64,000 nucleotides of DNA, from contig NC_058133.1 of the NCBI RefSeq assembly GCF_016433145.1, forward strand, positions 164,078,470-164,142,469, in the 5' to 3' direction. The notes beneath the pieces are model-generated. The model saw nothing but the letters and a program-made list of their open reading frames with translations, made no database searches and was not told the origin of the DNA. Made by a program: the position numbers and the translations under genes. The stretch is from Gracilinanus agilis. Lineage: Eukaryota. This document shows positions 63,199 through 64,000 of the stretch, piece after piece (the first letter of the stretch is position 1; each line of letters begins with the position of its first letter).

Positions 63199-64000
63199 CT
63201 CAACAAAGCATAATTCTAATTCATCTACCTTCAAATAGCCATTTGAATGCATTTCTTATATTTGCTCTGAGTCTTTTCTTCTCTGTGTTAACATTCCTAG
63301 TTCCTTTGGCTTACTGACATATGGCATGGTTTTGAGTTCCCTTGTGGAATTAGTGAGGAGTCTATTCTTGTCTTTTCATCCTGTTCTTCCATAAATATTC
63401 TTCCATAAATGATTAGACAGAGGATCTACCCAATATGCTGGAAGATTTCCTCTAGTTCTTTTTATGCTTTAAAATTGCCAAAGAGGCAACTGGGCTGTCT
63501 TATCTTTCCATTTGTAACCAGCCCACCTCCCTTTCCATCATGCCTTTCCTCAGTGATATCTTTTCCATCTCTTTTTGAGCATGGGTCATCACTAGACATA
63601 TACATCAGCCTACTGGAGATCTTCTTGCATCTTTCCTTTGCCTTTTGGGTTACCCACAACATGAATTCTATAGTATTCTAAGATTTATCACTGTAGAACA
63701 CCCTAGGAAAACATTTTTGATGAAAAAGGGGGCCTTTGTACTGGGGAGCAGCTTGGGATTAAGAGCCTTGTGCACCATCCCAAATGCACTCCATCCTGCT
63801 CTCTTCCATTTCAACTTTATGCCAATCTCATTGTTCATCTAGACTTAAAGTGTTAAACTTGGACTTGGAAACACCTGGGTCTAAATCTTGCCTTTGACAT
63901 TTACTAGCTGTATGACAATGTGCAAATCATTTAACTCGGTCTCAGTTTCCTTATTTGTAATATAGAGAATAAAATATGCAGTGCCTACTTCACTGAGTTG

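Noticed and set aside
48300-64000. Expected neighbours (OR10T2, OR10K2, CD1 exons or pseudogene) toward the right end
   Set aside because: No OR motifs or MHC-I-like/Ig exon translation were found in the ORF track or by eye. Highly decayed remnants or sequence within the gaps cannot be excluded.

Overview
AT-rich, CpG-poor marsupial genomic DNA, most likely the opossum Monodelphis domestica judging by its SINE1-type, MAR1 CORE-SINE, RTE and L1 repeats. The window lies in a class II olfactory receptor cluster. It holds three intact single-exon OR coding regions, all on the minus strand: OR10R2-like (10168-11109), OR10K1-like (20471-21412) and a second OR10K-like gene (28078-29040). From memory, these families match the human 1q23.1 cluster beside CD1. 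The rest is mostly repeats (L1, L2, MIR/MAR1, young tRNA-derived SINEs, one RTE fragment, a solo LTR, hAT MITEs) plus two assembly gaps. I found no convincing new protein-coding system. The best non-obvious signals are: (1) a diverged copy of the putative OR10K1 promoter 14.7 kb upstream of the second OR10K gene; (2) an adjacent homeodomain plus O/E (Lhx2/Ebf-like) composite site upstream of OR10R2; (3) repair or insertion scars, namely a perfect 20-bp fold-back hairpin at an RTE junction, a 95-bp locally templated copy inside a MIR, and a rearranged L1 that apparently deleted part of its target. Repeat family names come from recall, not from a database search. Boundaries of old repeats are approximate.
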